The translations under genes and the position numbers were made by a program. A stretch of DNA of 64,000 nucleotides from Eledone cirrhosa (taxonomy: Eukaryota): positions 367,102,001 through 367,166,000 of the forward strand of contig OZ024743.1 in assembly GCA_964016885.1 (NCBI GenBank), given 5' to 3'. The notes beneath the pieces were generated by a model, which saw only the letters and a list, made by a program, of their open reading frames with translations, was not told the origin of the DNA and did no database searches. Position 1 is the first letter of the stretch. Every line of letters begins with the position of its first letter. Positions 1 to 12,224 of the stretch are shown here, piece by piece.

Positions 1-18
1 TTATTAGCTATCGTCAGC

Positions 19-146
19 AACGGCTGAGAAGCCTAATTTGCATATCGAGTGAGAAATGAAATTTCGTTTCATTTTTTCCGGTTATCGTTTTCGGTGCGCC
101 CGGCAGATTAACTCACTCGATATGCAAATTAGGCTGCTCAGCCGTT
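19..146. repeat. 35-bp inverted repeat (19-53 vs 112-146, 1 mismatch)
   Basis: aacggctgagaagcctaatttgcatatcgagtgag is the reverse complement of ctcactcgatatgcaaattaggctgctcagccgtt except at one base. Confidence 0.9.
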
Positions 147-204
147 AATATGCATAAGGAAAGTATATACTTTCAGACGTTCAATCATCTGGCAGGAAGG
201 TATA

Positions 205-245
205 CGTTGCTGACGATAGCTAATAAGCTTGAAACTAGTACAGTG
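205..245 (+). ncRNA. Candidate minimal type I hammerhead ribozyme (Penelope-type, palindromic stem III)
   Basis: CGTTG-CTGACGA-T-AGC-TAATAA-GCT-T-GAAA-CTAG-TA-CAGTG. Core boxes CUGANGA (210-216) and GAAA (231-234), stem II AGC/GCT, palindromic ACTAGT stem III, GUA triplet (238-240), stem I CGTTG/CAGTG with two G-U pairs. The base of stem II is T.T rather than the canonical G-C. Confidence 0.55.
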
Positions 246-620
246 TTCCTTTGTCAGTTTTGAACAAATGAGCAATGATGGTTGCTAGACACTGTACGGC
301 TTAATTCGGGATGTTTGTTTACAAACACACCGAGCATTACAATAAATGTGAATCCATACGTACATATATGTATGTGTGCATGTATGTATATATATATACA
401 TACTACTGTACGTCTGTATACATGTATGTATGTATACATACTTATATATAATCTTGAATAAAGCCTTATGAGATTTTCATCTAGAACCAATGATTTTAAA
501 CGACTGTTGATTGAGGGAATATTAATCAAAAGTACCACATGAAAGTCTACACTGTAGACTCTACAGTTTTTAAGCCAAGAAAGGAACTTAACATTGTAAC
601 TTTAACACAGCTACTGAGCA

Positions 621-651
621 GCCCCGAGCAACGCCGGGCTTTACTGCTAGT
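621..651 (+). mobile_element. Helitron-like 3' terminus
   Basis: GC-rich hairpin cccg-agcaacgc-cggg followed about 9 nt later by CTAG|T, the known Helitron 3' signature. The 5' end was not located. Confidence 0.6.
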
Positions 652-1129
652 CTGAGATAAAAAATAATTACAGGCAACTTTCTCAAACTACCCCAAGAGA
701 CAAAATAACATGACTGTAAACATTTACTACTACTACTACCTCTACAATTACTGCTGAAGCAGTCATATATTCCTGCCCTCCCCCTCCATCTTAATCTACC
801 TCAAGAAACCAACTATTATCTTTGCTGCCATCCTGTACTGTTACCACTACCATTCCAACTAATGATGAAGCAGTCCTCTCCACAAAATATTTGACAACTG
901 TTATCAAACTGCTTTTGGTGCTGAGCATACATCACAACAATATTTTCAATGGATGCACAAACAATGTTGGAATATAATTCAATCTTTGAACCATTTGACT
1001 TGGAAAATGCAGCACAGCAAAAGGAGAGTAAAGTGTCCCCCCCCCCACCTTTTTTTTACAGTTTTCCAGGATTCAAGACTCATTTTTATTTATTTGTTTA
1101 TTTATTCATTCATTTATTCATTTATACGC

Positions 1130-1288
1130 CTCTTTATGTTCTGAGTTCCAGCCCCACCTGGGTTGGCTTTGCCTTTCATCCTTGCAAGGTCAATGAGATG
1201 GGGTACCGGTGACTCACTGGGGTCAGTTTGATTGACTTTCCTCTCCTCCAGGACTGTTGGCTTTGTGCCTAATTCAGAAACCATTATT
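1130..1288 (+). mobile_element. Degraded SINE, family A
   Basis: ctgagttc...ggctttgcctttcatcc...ggctttgtgcctaattcagaaacc matches the family A copies at 3881 and 6999. Confidence 0.7.
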
Positions 1289-1477
1289 TACAACTTAAAC
1301 TCTTAGAACATACTGCAGAATATAATATACACATATTAAGTGCCTTCTCTCCCGGTTTTCAAATCCAACATGTATATCAGCATGCCTTACCTACACACAC
1401 TCCTTCCATTCTTCTCCCCCTCCATCCACACTCCAATCTTCCTATTCATCCTACATCACCCCCTTCCTCACTCCAGC

Positions 1478-1660
1478 TCGAAGTGAGAATCAAGTGTGGA
1501 TGTGAGGCTGCAGCTCATGTGACCAGAGATTTCATAGAGCATGCACCTCTTTCGTTATCCCACCTCCTTGTGAAGCTGGACATGACAAACACCTTCAACA
1601 ACATTAGGTGGGATCATGTCCTAGAGACGTATCTCAGATGAGCCCCCTCCATCTACTTGT
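1478..1660 (+). mobile_element. CRE-like LINE reverse transcriptase fragment
   Basis: Translates to GCEAAAHVTR...VKLDMTNTFNNIRWDHVLE, homologous to CEGAAHATR...VKLDMRNAFNCIRRDHLL at 28247-28600. Confidence 0.7.
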
Positions 1661-1739
1661 GGCCAACTCTTATCTTGATGGTGTCGCTTCTCTACATGGC
1701 TTGTACAACCCTCACAAGCCATTCATCTGTCTCTAATTT

Positions 1740-2135
1740 CCTAAGTGACCACCAAATTATAGAGCATTGAATTCTTTCAAAAGCTTTTCCAGGTCAACAA
1801 ATGTTAGATATAGGGGCTCTTTCTTAGCTAAATAGTTCTACAGTTGTCTAACTAGGAAGATGGCATTGGTAGTGCTTCTCTCACACACAAAGCCAAACTG
1901 CATCTCATCAAAATTAATTCTGTCCTAATTATTAGTGCAATTACTCTTTCTATGACCTTCATAACCTGATCCAACAATTTGATGCCTTGGTAATTTTCTC
2001 TCTGTCTTTGTAACAGTTGACAATGATGCTACTATGCCAGTCGTTGGGCATGACACTTTCTTGTACTACCTGATTAACTATGTGAGTGATTATCTTTGAC
2101 CTATTCCACCAGATGTTTTAATCATCTCAGTAATT
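1740..2135 (-). mobile_element. Degraded RTE-like LINE RT fragment
   Basis: The minus strand gives remnants of NYQGIKLLDQVMKV, QFGF and FVDLEKAFE motifs, with stops. Confidence 0.65.
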
Positions 2136-2422
2136 TTGACAGATCACAAAAATATAAGATATAAACAAACAACAATATTGTTGTCTTCTCTTAACTGATG
2201 GCTATGTGATATGTCATCTGATCTTTACCTTTGGTCATGTGATAATGTGTTTGTTCTTTATAGTGCATTGTCTCTCTGTGTATACTTCACTCTCACTGTG
2301 CATAGTATTCTATATTCAGCTGTCACTCTCTTCTTAGCAATGTTTCTCACTTTCTTTCTCCATCTGTCTATCACATTCCTTCTTTCTCTTTCTTTGCCTC
2401 CTTCTACTTTTCAGTTTTTAAA

Positions 2423-2760
<338 letters not shown>

Positions 2761-3880
2761 CAGAGGTCCAATTTTATATATGATGATTTAAAGAGACAGA
2801 GACATATAAGCACAGTTTGGGGAAAATTGTCTCATGATTCTTAATGTAGAAAGAAGAAAATTTGAATTGTTATGAGTTGATAGATGCTGGTAATACATAA
2901 TTGATAGAAAATGGTTGTAGACAATAGTTTTATAAAGAAAAAAGAAAAAAACCATTAAAACGTTTGGTGAATGGCATGGTCGTTGGGTGTAGAATTGGAA
3001 ACTCAGTGGAATTTGGATTGAAAGTATATTGTACAAGAAGTGTAATAAATCAAGCAACCAATCATTGATTTTTTTGTTTATGATTTTGTTCTTATTTTTA
3101 TGCAGGTATTTCTTTTTAATACTATTCATAAGATTGAGAATATCTATTTTGTCATTCCAGTCTCCATCTTCTGGGCTATTTCCATTGATTTAGTTTGCTC
3201 TATTCTGATATTCAAGTCCATGGTTCAATTTACTCACTCAGATTATAACTCTGTTCCTTGGTTTGTAACAGGTCAGCAATTCTGATTAGATATGCATCTC
3301 AGATGTTGCTATCTGTTGATTTATTAACACTTTTATCCTCACAGCACTCTTTGCTCTCTCATTGAATTCCTGATTAAAATCTCTACTAAATTACAGCTTT
3401 ATTCACTTATATCCACTGTCTTATTCTTCAACAGTCCCTTACTCTATTATCCTTTCACATCATTCACTCATTTTATTCCTGCTTATTCTCCCTTCAATTC
3501 CCATCCACTTTATTCCAAACCACACTTGTTCATTATTTATCCATTTACCACTCTTGTCTTGCTGACCAGCAGTAAAGAATATATAAAAATATAATAAAAT
3601 AAATCATTTAACTTGTTCATTGTTATTTCTTACTGCACTCAACCATGTTTATGCTTCAATAGTCAGCCTACTAGTTCACGACTGTAGTTTTGCCATTTGA
3701 CTTCATAATAAAATCATTTCAGCACACTTTACTGTGTATAGCATTCAGGTTATTTCTTTGATTAACTTGTTAGCAACAACTTAATCTGTTAGTAGAAACA
3801 TTTTCAATAGCTGCAGGTAGAATCTTTAGATTTTGCCTTGGCTTTTGCTTCACTACTGATTAATCAACTTCATTAATTAT

Positions 3881-4066
3881 GGTGGATTGGCAGTATTGGT
3901 AGAGGGTCGGACGCCATGCTTTGCAGCAAAGAGTTACGGCCCTTTATGGTCTGAGTTCAAATTCCGCCAAGGTTAACTTTGCCTTTCATCCTTACAGGGT
4001 CGATAAAATAAAGTACCAGTAATACACTGGGATAATTGCTGGCCTTGTGCCAAAAGTAGAAACAAT
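3881..4066 (+). mobile_element. tRNA-derived SINE, family A (well preserved)
   Basis: A-box-like TGGCAGTATTGG, B-box-like GAGTTCAAATTCC, central gcctttcatcc...gggtcgataaaataaagtacc, and 3' end gccttgtgccaaaagtagaaaca. Many copies occur in the window. Confidence 0.85.
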
Positions 4067-4344
4067 TAATTATTAACTACAATGATTGTTTTTCAACATT
4101 TTCCCATGTCTAAATGTCGATCTGGATATCTCCTATTTTGAAATCTGACTTGTGTCTGTGAATTTAACATGGTTTTAGGCCAAGAAAATACAAACCAGCA
4201 ATTCAACCTTTTAAATTTACTGTTATTTACAAACTGGTCATATTTTATTTATTCTTTGTGAAACTGTCAAATTACAGTGTAACAACTCAGTTAAACATAT
4301 TTCCAAGAAGATATTCTTTTGTTTACTGTTAATTCAATAAGTTT

Positions 4345-5420
4345 TACATTACTAGAAGTAGTATTGGTGGTGATTGTAGTAATAGCAGTAGAAATAGTGT
4401 TGTTGTGGGGATTGTAGTGGTGGTGGTGCTGGTAGCTGTAGTGGTGATGTGATGGTGATAGGGTTGATGAAGATGGAGGTGATAGTGAGGGCTGTAGAGA
4501 TGATGGTGTTGATAGTTGTAATGGTGTGTATGGTGATAGTTACAGTGGTGATAGTAGTAGTGATAGATACAGCAAATAGTAATTTTAGTCATGGATCATC
4601 CTGTTTTTTATTCAGTATATCTAGGACTACAATATCTAGTGTGTTTTCCCTTTCTGAAGATAGTAATTTTTGGAAAAATTGGCTACTATTTTCAGAAGGG
4701 CAAGTGAATACTTATCCTTGTCTCACAATGGGGTGATGGTGTTGCTGTTGTAGTTTAGCCCAGGTCATTCTTTATAGAAAAGACAGAATAATCAAAGACC
4801 ATTCCAACTGAGAACATGCTATCTTTTCTTCTACAATAGTATACTCCAGCAACATTATCCAATGGTATGTGTGTTTTCTTTATGGAGATTTATTGGCCAT
4901 TTCTAGCAGGTCGGGCAACCAATTAGTTTGTGTTGAAGTGATATTATTGATATTGTTGATGATGTTTAGCCCCAGATCAGCCCTGATTGTACAGAACTAT
5001 GGTCAAAGACATTCAAGCAGTTACTATCCATCCCTTTTGATGTACAATGAACCTAGGACCATATTATCCAATGTCTTTTTTTTTTCAGACAGTAGGGTGT
5101 GATTTGAGGGAGATTTGGTTGCTATTTCTAGCACTTATAGGCTCCCTCATTGGCATGTCTGCAAGTGATGTTGATAGTTGTAATGTTGATAATGGTATCA
5201 ATGACATTAATACCATTGTTTGATAACTTTGAAGGGAATGGTAGTGATGGTGTCAGAGGCAGCAAAATCAATAGTGGTTGTACTGTTAATGTTATAAGTA
5301 GTGATGGAGCTGATGATAGTAACTGTAGTAATGTTGGGGGTTGTTAACACTATCATCATTAGGAGCAGCACCATTGTCATCATCCTTATAACTATTATCA
5401 CCAACACCACCATCATTATC
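4345..5420. repeat. Degenerate (GTA/GAT/GGT)n low-complexity tracts surrounding two copies of an old interspersed repeat (~4740-4935 and ~4960-5160)
   Basis: tttagccccag...tcaaagaca/ccattcca...ttatccaatg...gatttggttgctatttctagca recurs near 30240, 37080 and 53270. Confidence 0.55.
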
Positions 5421-6149
5421 ATAGAATCATTAGAACAGATATGAAAGCTAAACAAAAGTGATGACAGTGGAGAAGATGTTGTAATTGTGTTACACATTTT
5501 CCGTGGCATTACCAATGTCCCTCATCATTCTGGGGTCTATAAGATGTGCACCAGCCAAATATGGGTTGATATAAATTATTGATGAACAAAAAATGCAATT
5601 AATAAAAACAAAATTTTAAGTTAATGAGAAATTGAATCAATGTGATTTTAAATAGAAATGCAAATGCCAAGGAAAAGGAAGATAGAAATGATTTACAATG
5701 CAGGCATTGTGAAGGTGTGTGTGTGCTTGTGTGTGTGTTTTTAAGTACATTTAAGTGTGGAAAGTGCACTTAAAATGAAGATGGTCAAATTTTTTCAAAT
5801 TTTTTCATTTAATATCTGTATGAATAACTTGACAATTCCAATCTGACTTTGAAATGTAAATTTGGAGGTTTATTGTGTATTTTTTTTTTTCGTATATGAG
5901 GGCCCCAAGTTCTATATCTGGCTCTGGTAAGATCAGTGGAGTGAAGTTTACCTATCTCTCATAAATTCCAGCTTTGTTCATATTTTTCATGTTCCAAAAT
6001 GTGGATTTTTTTTTTTATTCAAGGTTTTAGAATCAACATAGCAAAGTCTTAGAAAATAAAAAAGAAAACAGGACCCAGATTTTCTCCGAGAAATGGCCTT
6101 ATTTGGTATGCAGGAAAGGAGTATGTAGAAATTCCATCTTATATATAAA

Positions 6150-6640
6150 ATATAAGCAGCCTAGCGAAGAATGTAGGCTTTGTATGTGACAATATATAGG
6201 AGCAGTGTATAACCTATCAAATGCTCAGATGGTTCCCTAGTGGTAGTTGACAGCTTCTGCTACCTGGAGGACCAGATTAGCAGTAGAGGTGGTTGTTCTG
6301 AAAGTACAGTAGCCAGAGTGATGACTGGTTTCAGGGAACTACTGCCACTGCTGATTTCAAAAGGCTTACTCCTCAGACTCTTAGACAGATTGTATGATGC
6401 TTGAGTGCAAACAACAATGCTGCATGGAAGTGAGACTTGGGCTTTGTGTGCAAAGGATTTATGATGATTTGAAAGTGGTTGGTGTTAGGAAGGGCATCTG
6501 GTCAAAGAAACTATCTCAAAAAAGTCAGGGCATAACAACCTTTCTAGTCTTTGTGCCATGAAAAATGTGTCCAGTACAGCCTGTAAAGTGGTTGACATTA
6601 GGAAGGGCATCCAGCCATAGAATTCTTGCCAAAAAAAAAA
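6150..6640 (+). mobile_element. RTE-like LINE 3' fragment followed by the shared tail
   Basis: VVDSFCYLGDQISSRGGCSESTVARV...MLHGSETWAL, homologous to 35100-35350, followed by ggtgttaggaagggcatc tail motifs. Confidence 0.75.
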
Positions 6641-6998
6641 AGGGTTGAGAAGACCCTTTGTTTGAAAGGATGAAATATGCACATGCACTCTGTAAAGAGT
6701 GGGAACTTATGTAAGTGAGATGTGGCCCTCAGTCTGACTTAGAATTTAGTAGCTCTGATTATATACTGACTTTGTCTGTGACATCGCATACAACTCTTGC
6801 TAGCAGAGAAAATTGATGTTAAATGATGATGATGATGATGATGATAATAATATAAACATAAATATGTTGTAATTGCTGCATTAATATATTTTCAGATTTA
6901 GGATTTAGTATGCTAAATGTGGATTCAGTACATGAATTAAGAAATACATTTTCACTTTGTGCTAATAAAGAATTTTAGAATATTGAATGTAATATAAT

Positions 6999-7182
6999 TG
7001 TTTCTACTTTAGGCACAAGGCCAGCAATTACCCAGTGCATTACTGGTACTTTATTTTATCGACCCCGTAAGGATGAAAGGCAAAGTCAACCTCGGCAGGA
7101 TTTGAACTCAGATCGTAAAGGGACGTAACTATGCTGGAAAGCATGGCGTCTGACCCTCTACCGATACTGCCAATCCACCACC
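6999..7182 (-). mobile_element. SINE family A with 16-bp TSD
   Basis: Reverse complement of the family A sequence. ttgaatgtaatataat is duplicated at 6983-6998 and 7183-7198. Confidence 0.9.
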
Positions 7183-9059
7183 TTGAATGTAATATAATGA
7201 GTTCAAAACTAATGTACTGTAATGTACAGAATCTAAAATTCATTTAACATTGCAATATTCAAATCCATTCGTCCATTCATCCATCTGTCCATCTGTCTGT
7301 CCATCCATCCACCCATCAATCCATCCATGTTTTATCCTTTAAAATTCATTACCCATCTCTCAAACCTATTGTTCCCTATGTATTTCATCCACACTACAAC
7401 ATTGCTAAATATAAATATATATATATACATTTACTACTATCAAATTCTCTTCTACCCACTCAAGTACACACACACACTCATACACACATACACAAGATAT
7501 AATGAACTATGTCTATCCAGCACATTTACTGAGACTCACACATTCAGCAATAAAAATACAAGTAAAATGCATGCTCATAAAAACACACATACAAACACAC
7601 ATACAAACACACACACACATTCCACAGCACCATACCAAACTGACTATCTTATTTTATTGAAAAGAATATATTTAAATTTGACCTTCAAACACACTGACTT
7701 GCCTTTTTCCAAACTTATACATCTACAAAAATAGAAATTACACAATAATACCATGAAATCCAAAGACTATATTTGAAGCAACATTCCACAAATTCCACTG
7801 TCAACGAAGTCAATATAATGGTGAAACTTTTAAGTAATTATCATATTTAATGATATGAAATAAATCTTTACACACTGACGCACGCATACATGCACAACCA
7901 CACTCATATATCTACCCATACACAGATCATCATCATCATCATTACCCTGTGAATATTTGTATAAAATTACTGTCTTTCTTTTAAAATATGTTATTGAGTA
8001 ATCTGGATTGTTCCAACAATGTGAGGAAATAACTATATGAAGCTTGTCCTTGATGGTAGTGTATGTGTAAAAACAGGTTTACCAGCTAGATTCTATAAAT
8101 TGACAAGCAAGCATTGTTTGTCATCAAACCAGTTTTAGCCATTTGTTCTCTAAGTAGTTCTTTCAATGTGAAAAACAGAACAAAATTGTGAGAGATGCTG
8201 CAAAATCAATACTATACATTTGCCTCAACACAAGAATATTGAATAGATGAGGTGTTATTACTGTCACGACAATGTTGTTTCTAATCACTGCACTTCCATT
8301 TCATAGAAAATGTAGCTCTGATGGCTAAGCAAATGAAATAAAATTAAAATTTCCAAAACTAAACCATGTGTTTACTATTTTGGTAAGAGAAATGTTAAAC
8401 ATGGAATTTATTTTAGCTTTTTTATTATTGAAACATACCTGTTTAGGTAAATTAGTGAACTGTCAAAGTGAGAAAAGAGAAGTGGGTTTTATTTTAGTCT
8501 GAATATAAATTTTGTTAAGGGGTTGTGATTGAAGTACAGAGAAACCATCTCAATCAATATTTCAAGCTTAAGATTCTTGGTTTGTAGTCTATGTAAATCT
8601 AGAAAACTTATGTAAATGCTGACTTTTAGGGGTAGTACTTTAGAAATAATTCTATAGTTATATTATTGAAGAAGAGTTGAAAGCATTTCAGTTAAGCTTA
8701 AGATTCTTGGTTTGATGTCTAGTTTATACAGACTTAGAAAAAATTATGTGAATGCTGATTTATTTGAGCAGTGCTTTAAAATAGTTTTATATCACTGATT
8801 TATAATTCTGGCTTTATAAAAAAATACTGATTCATTATATTGGTTTATACTTTTGGATGATTGAAGGAAAAAGAAACAGTTATTAATAATATATTGATAT
8901 CATTGCTGTTATTTTGGAAAGAAGAATTGTCTATTGAATTGTCTTTTAAATTCCAGGAAATACAATATATTGAGAGATCTTTTTTCAACTTTGACCTTAA
9001 CATCAGTCCTAAAGATAACACTGATATACATGGTTTCACAGATTTAAGAGCAGGAGACC

Positions 9060-9300
9060 CGCAGATATTTTCTGCCACCACTATAGAGACATCTTCTCTT
9101 TGAAGCTGACTGGCCTCACATCACCTCCACTCAGGTATCTTGACTCACACCACCCATATTGTGTTTTTTACCCTGCATGCTCTGCACAAACCAGTATCAC
9201 ACTCTTTCTTCCACAGAACATCATCTCTTTGGAATTTCTTTCATACAACTGTTGACTTGCAACTGCTGAAAAAGAATGTTAGCTGGATTGGTGTCACCAA
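9060..9300 (+). mobile_element. CR1/L2/Jockey-group LINE C-terminal fragment
   Basis: HSFFHRTSSLWNF...DLQLLKKNV resembles the SFFxRTxxLWNxLP...FK motif at the end of ORF2 in these clades. Confidence 0.55.
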
Positions 9301-9604
9301 TCTCAGAAGGCTTAGAAAGCATGTCATAACTGACAAGACTGTGAGATTGGTTGAAATATCTCACTCTATAGCAGCTGTGATGTTCTTTCCTCACTGGCAG
9401 CTATAACTCAGTTACCATTCATGGATAAAAATCCTGAAACACTAGTGTCTGGCATTCTTACATGGCTACTGAGATAGATAATGATGATTACAGTTTAAAT
9501 CATACATAACTAGACTTGTATATGTTTATTATACATAAACATATCATACATACCTCTGTATACTTGTGGTGCATAAATCAATCCTGATGAAGCAGACTTA
9601 TGGT

Positions 9605-9605
<1 letters not shown>

Positions 9606-9639
<34 letters not shown>

Positions 9640-9963
9640 TTTTACGTCTGCTTTTTCCCTGCTTGTAAGGGTGGGACGGGACTGATTCTGGCTTGATTTC
9701 TACAGCTGGATGCCCTTCCTAGCACCAACCTCATTTACAGTGAGTGCTGGGTGCTTTTTTGCCGTGGCACCTCCACGACCACTTTGCAGTGGAATGATAG
9801 GGACCCCAGTCTCTATCATCTCATTTCTACAGCTGAGTAAACTGGAGCAATGTGAAATAAAGTGTCTTGCTCAAGGAAACAACACATCACCCGGTCTGAG
9901 AATTGAACTCACAACCTTTCGATTGCAAGGCCAATGCTGTAACCACTAAGCCATGTGCCTCCA
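9606..9963 (-). mobile_element. SINE family B: tRNA head, CORE-like domain, RTE-type tail, (GAT)n end
   Basis: Minus strand reads tggaggcacatggcttagtggtta...gtgagttcaattctc (A/B boxes), then ccttgagcaagacactt (CORE-like), then a tail identical in type to 35746-36000. Confidence 0.85.
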
Positions 9964-10677
9964 TTTTATAGATATTATTATACTCAGTGTCTTAAGCAGA
10001 GTCAAACTAAAATATGTTTACATGTTGATAAGAACTTAGTTCATTCTTTCACAAATCACAAATGTTCATACGACTTGAGCCAAATTTCGTTTTCTCCAGC
10101 TTTGTGATAAATGACAACTTTTATATGGGAATAATTTCTTCCAGATAAGCCTAGTCCCATTTTCCAGCTTGATAAGGTGAAGGATAACCAGGTAAATTGA
10201 AGTACCTACACCAAATTTACTTAATATCTGATTAGCATGAATTTCTTGTAATTCCATTATATATTTATTGAGATGGTGGTGGTGGATCGGGTTTAGATCA
10301 TTCATTTTTTTCCATTCTGTGGGATTATAGTTGTTGTTGTTGTGATGAAACACACATATGGTATATAGATAGTAAATTAAATGATTTAGTGCAATTCACA
10401 GATCTGTAGAGGTGCTGTTGCTGTTCAATGACTATGGATAACTCTGCTTGAATTGATCTATGGCATGGAGTTAACTAATCAAATATCTAAAAACAGCCTA
10501 TTTGCATGATAATCTGGATATACTATGACTGAGTCTGTTCTGGGAGTACTTTGACATACATTGTGAAACTCATAGCTCGTTTTGACTTTTACTATCTAGT
10601 TTTTATATACATACATACGCACATACGCACATACACACATACATAAATGTATGTATGTATGTATAAATATATATATA

Positions 10678-10880
10678 TCATCATCATCATCATCATCACC
10701 GTTTTACATCCATTTTTCTACGTTAGCATGAGTTAGATGAGTTGTCCTGTTGTGGGCAATGCCAGGTCAGGTGACCATGTCTTACACATACAGAACTGAT
10801 TTTGGCATGATTTCTACAGCTGTATGCCCTTCCTAACACCAATCTCATTTACAGTGAGTACTGGGTGCTTTTTGTCATGA
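10678..10880 (-). mobile_element. RTE-type tail fragment (5'-truncated LINE or SINE) ending in (GAT)n
   Basis: Matches 35850-36000 and 62553-62750. Confidence 0.75.
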
Positions 10881-10979
10881 CTATTTGTTAGCTGAATGAG
10901 TTAAAAAGGTATATGTCTCTATCTAGAAAAAAATCACAATAAAATCCCACAAAAATTTCCTTTTATAGAATTCTGTATA

Positions 10980-11180
10980 GAATTTCCAGCCTGTGGCGTT
11001 CGAGATGTTCGGTGGAGTTGGGCTGCTGACAGCTAAGTTCTTGTCTTCACTGGCAGCTCGCCTTACTGAGGTGTCAGTTGATGCCCGTGAGGGTGCCTGG
11101 TTATTTCAGAGCCTTAGCCTTGCTATCACCCATGGTAATGTTGCGAGCATGTTGGCTTGCCTGAAAGTGTGTAGTTGATC
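10980..11180 (+). mobile_element. CRE-like LINE C-terminal (RLE-end) fragment
   Basis: FQPVAFEMFGGVG...WLFQSLSLAITHGNVAS, closely similar to 50050-50230. Confidence 0.75.
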
Positions 11181-12224
11181 CCTAGATTGTCACACTTGGT
11201 GGTGATATGCACCCGCCACCTTTGTTCATGAATTTATATCATTGTGTTATATCATTGTGTTTATATCATTGTGTTATTATACACAGTTTAGACATATTTG
11301 TCCTTCTGAACGAATTTTTGGTGTTATTCTCCAACTATTCTAACTATAGAATGACTTAAAATTTAATACACACACATACAGAGAGTGAGATAGCTAGATA
11401 GCTAGATAGATAGATAAATAGAGAGCAGTAATAAGCCATATCAGTCAAACACATATATTGCCACTCACAGAAAACCAGACATTTCTACATACACAACTAC
11501 ACACACACGGCCACATAACTACTCACTTACATCAACATACACTTACACATACATAATGATTGCTAGATTATATCTCAGTTTTTTTTAGCTTGAATTACTG
11601 TCAACTTTAAAAACCTCTCTTCCTTCTTGCCTTCTGCCATTGTAACATAAAAGAAAGACATTGTTCCAAACTAACTTTGTGAAATCTTCAAAAGAAACAA
11701 ACTTCTGACTGTCTAATGCAATGATGCTTGTTAAATACATCAAACAAAAAAACTTTCGAAAATTGGATCAACCAAATTCTTGCTTTAAGCTTTCTTGTAG
11801 GAAGACTTGAATTAATGAGATTAAGATAAATAACAATCACTGTGTCACTCATTTTGTGTTTTGAAATAAATATAAGATTTAAACAATATTAGTTTTCTTC
11901 TAAAGAACTTTCTGATATTGGTTACTATAATGATAAATACTGTAGACTGAAATTGTGATGTCATTTTAGTTCTTATATGAAGACATTTCATGTCATTTAG
12001 ATTATATATTTTTTTAATGTTTATAACCCAATTGTATTCCTTGATAAAAGGGCCAGTGTTCAAATTTTGCTACAGTCAGTTTTGCCTTACACCCTTCCAG
12101 GATCTAAAATGTGTAATACCAGCTATTTACTAGACCCAATTTAATTGACTATAGACCCCCAACGAAAATACAGATAACAAAAAACAAAAATAACAAATAC
12201 AACAACAATATCAACACCACAAAC

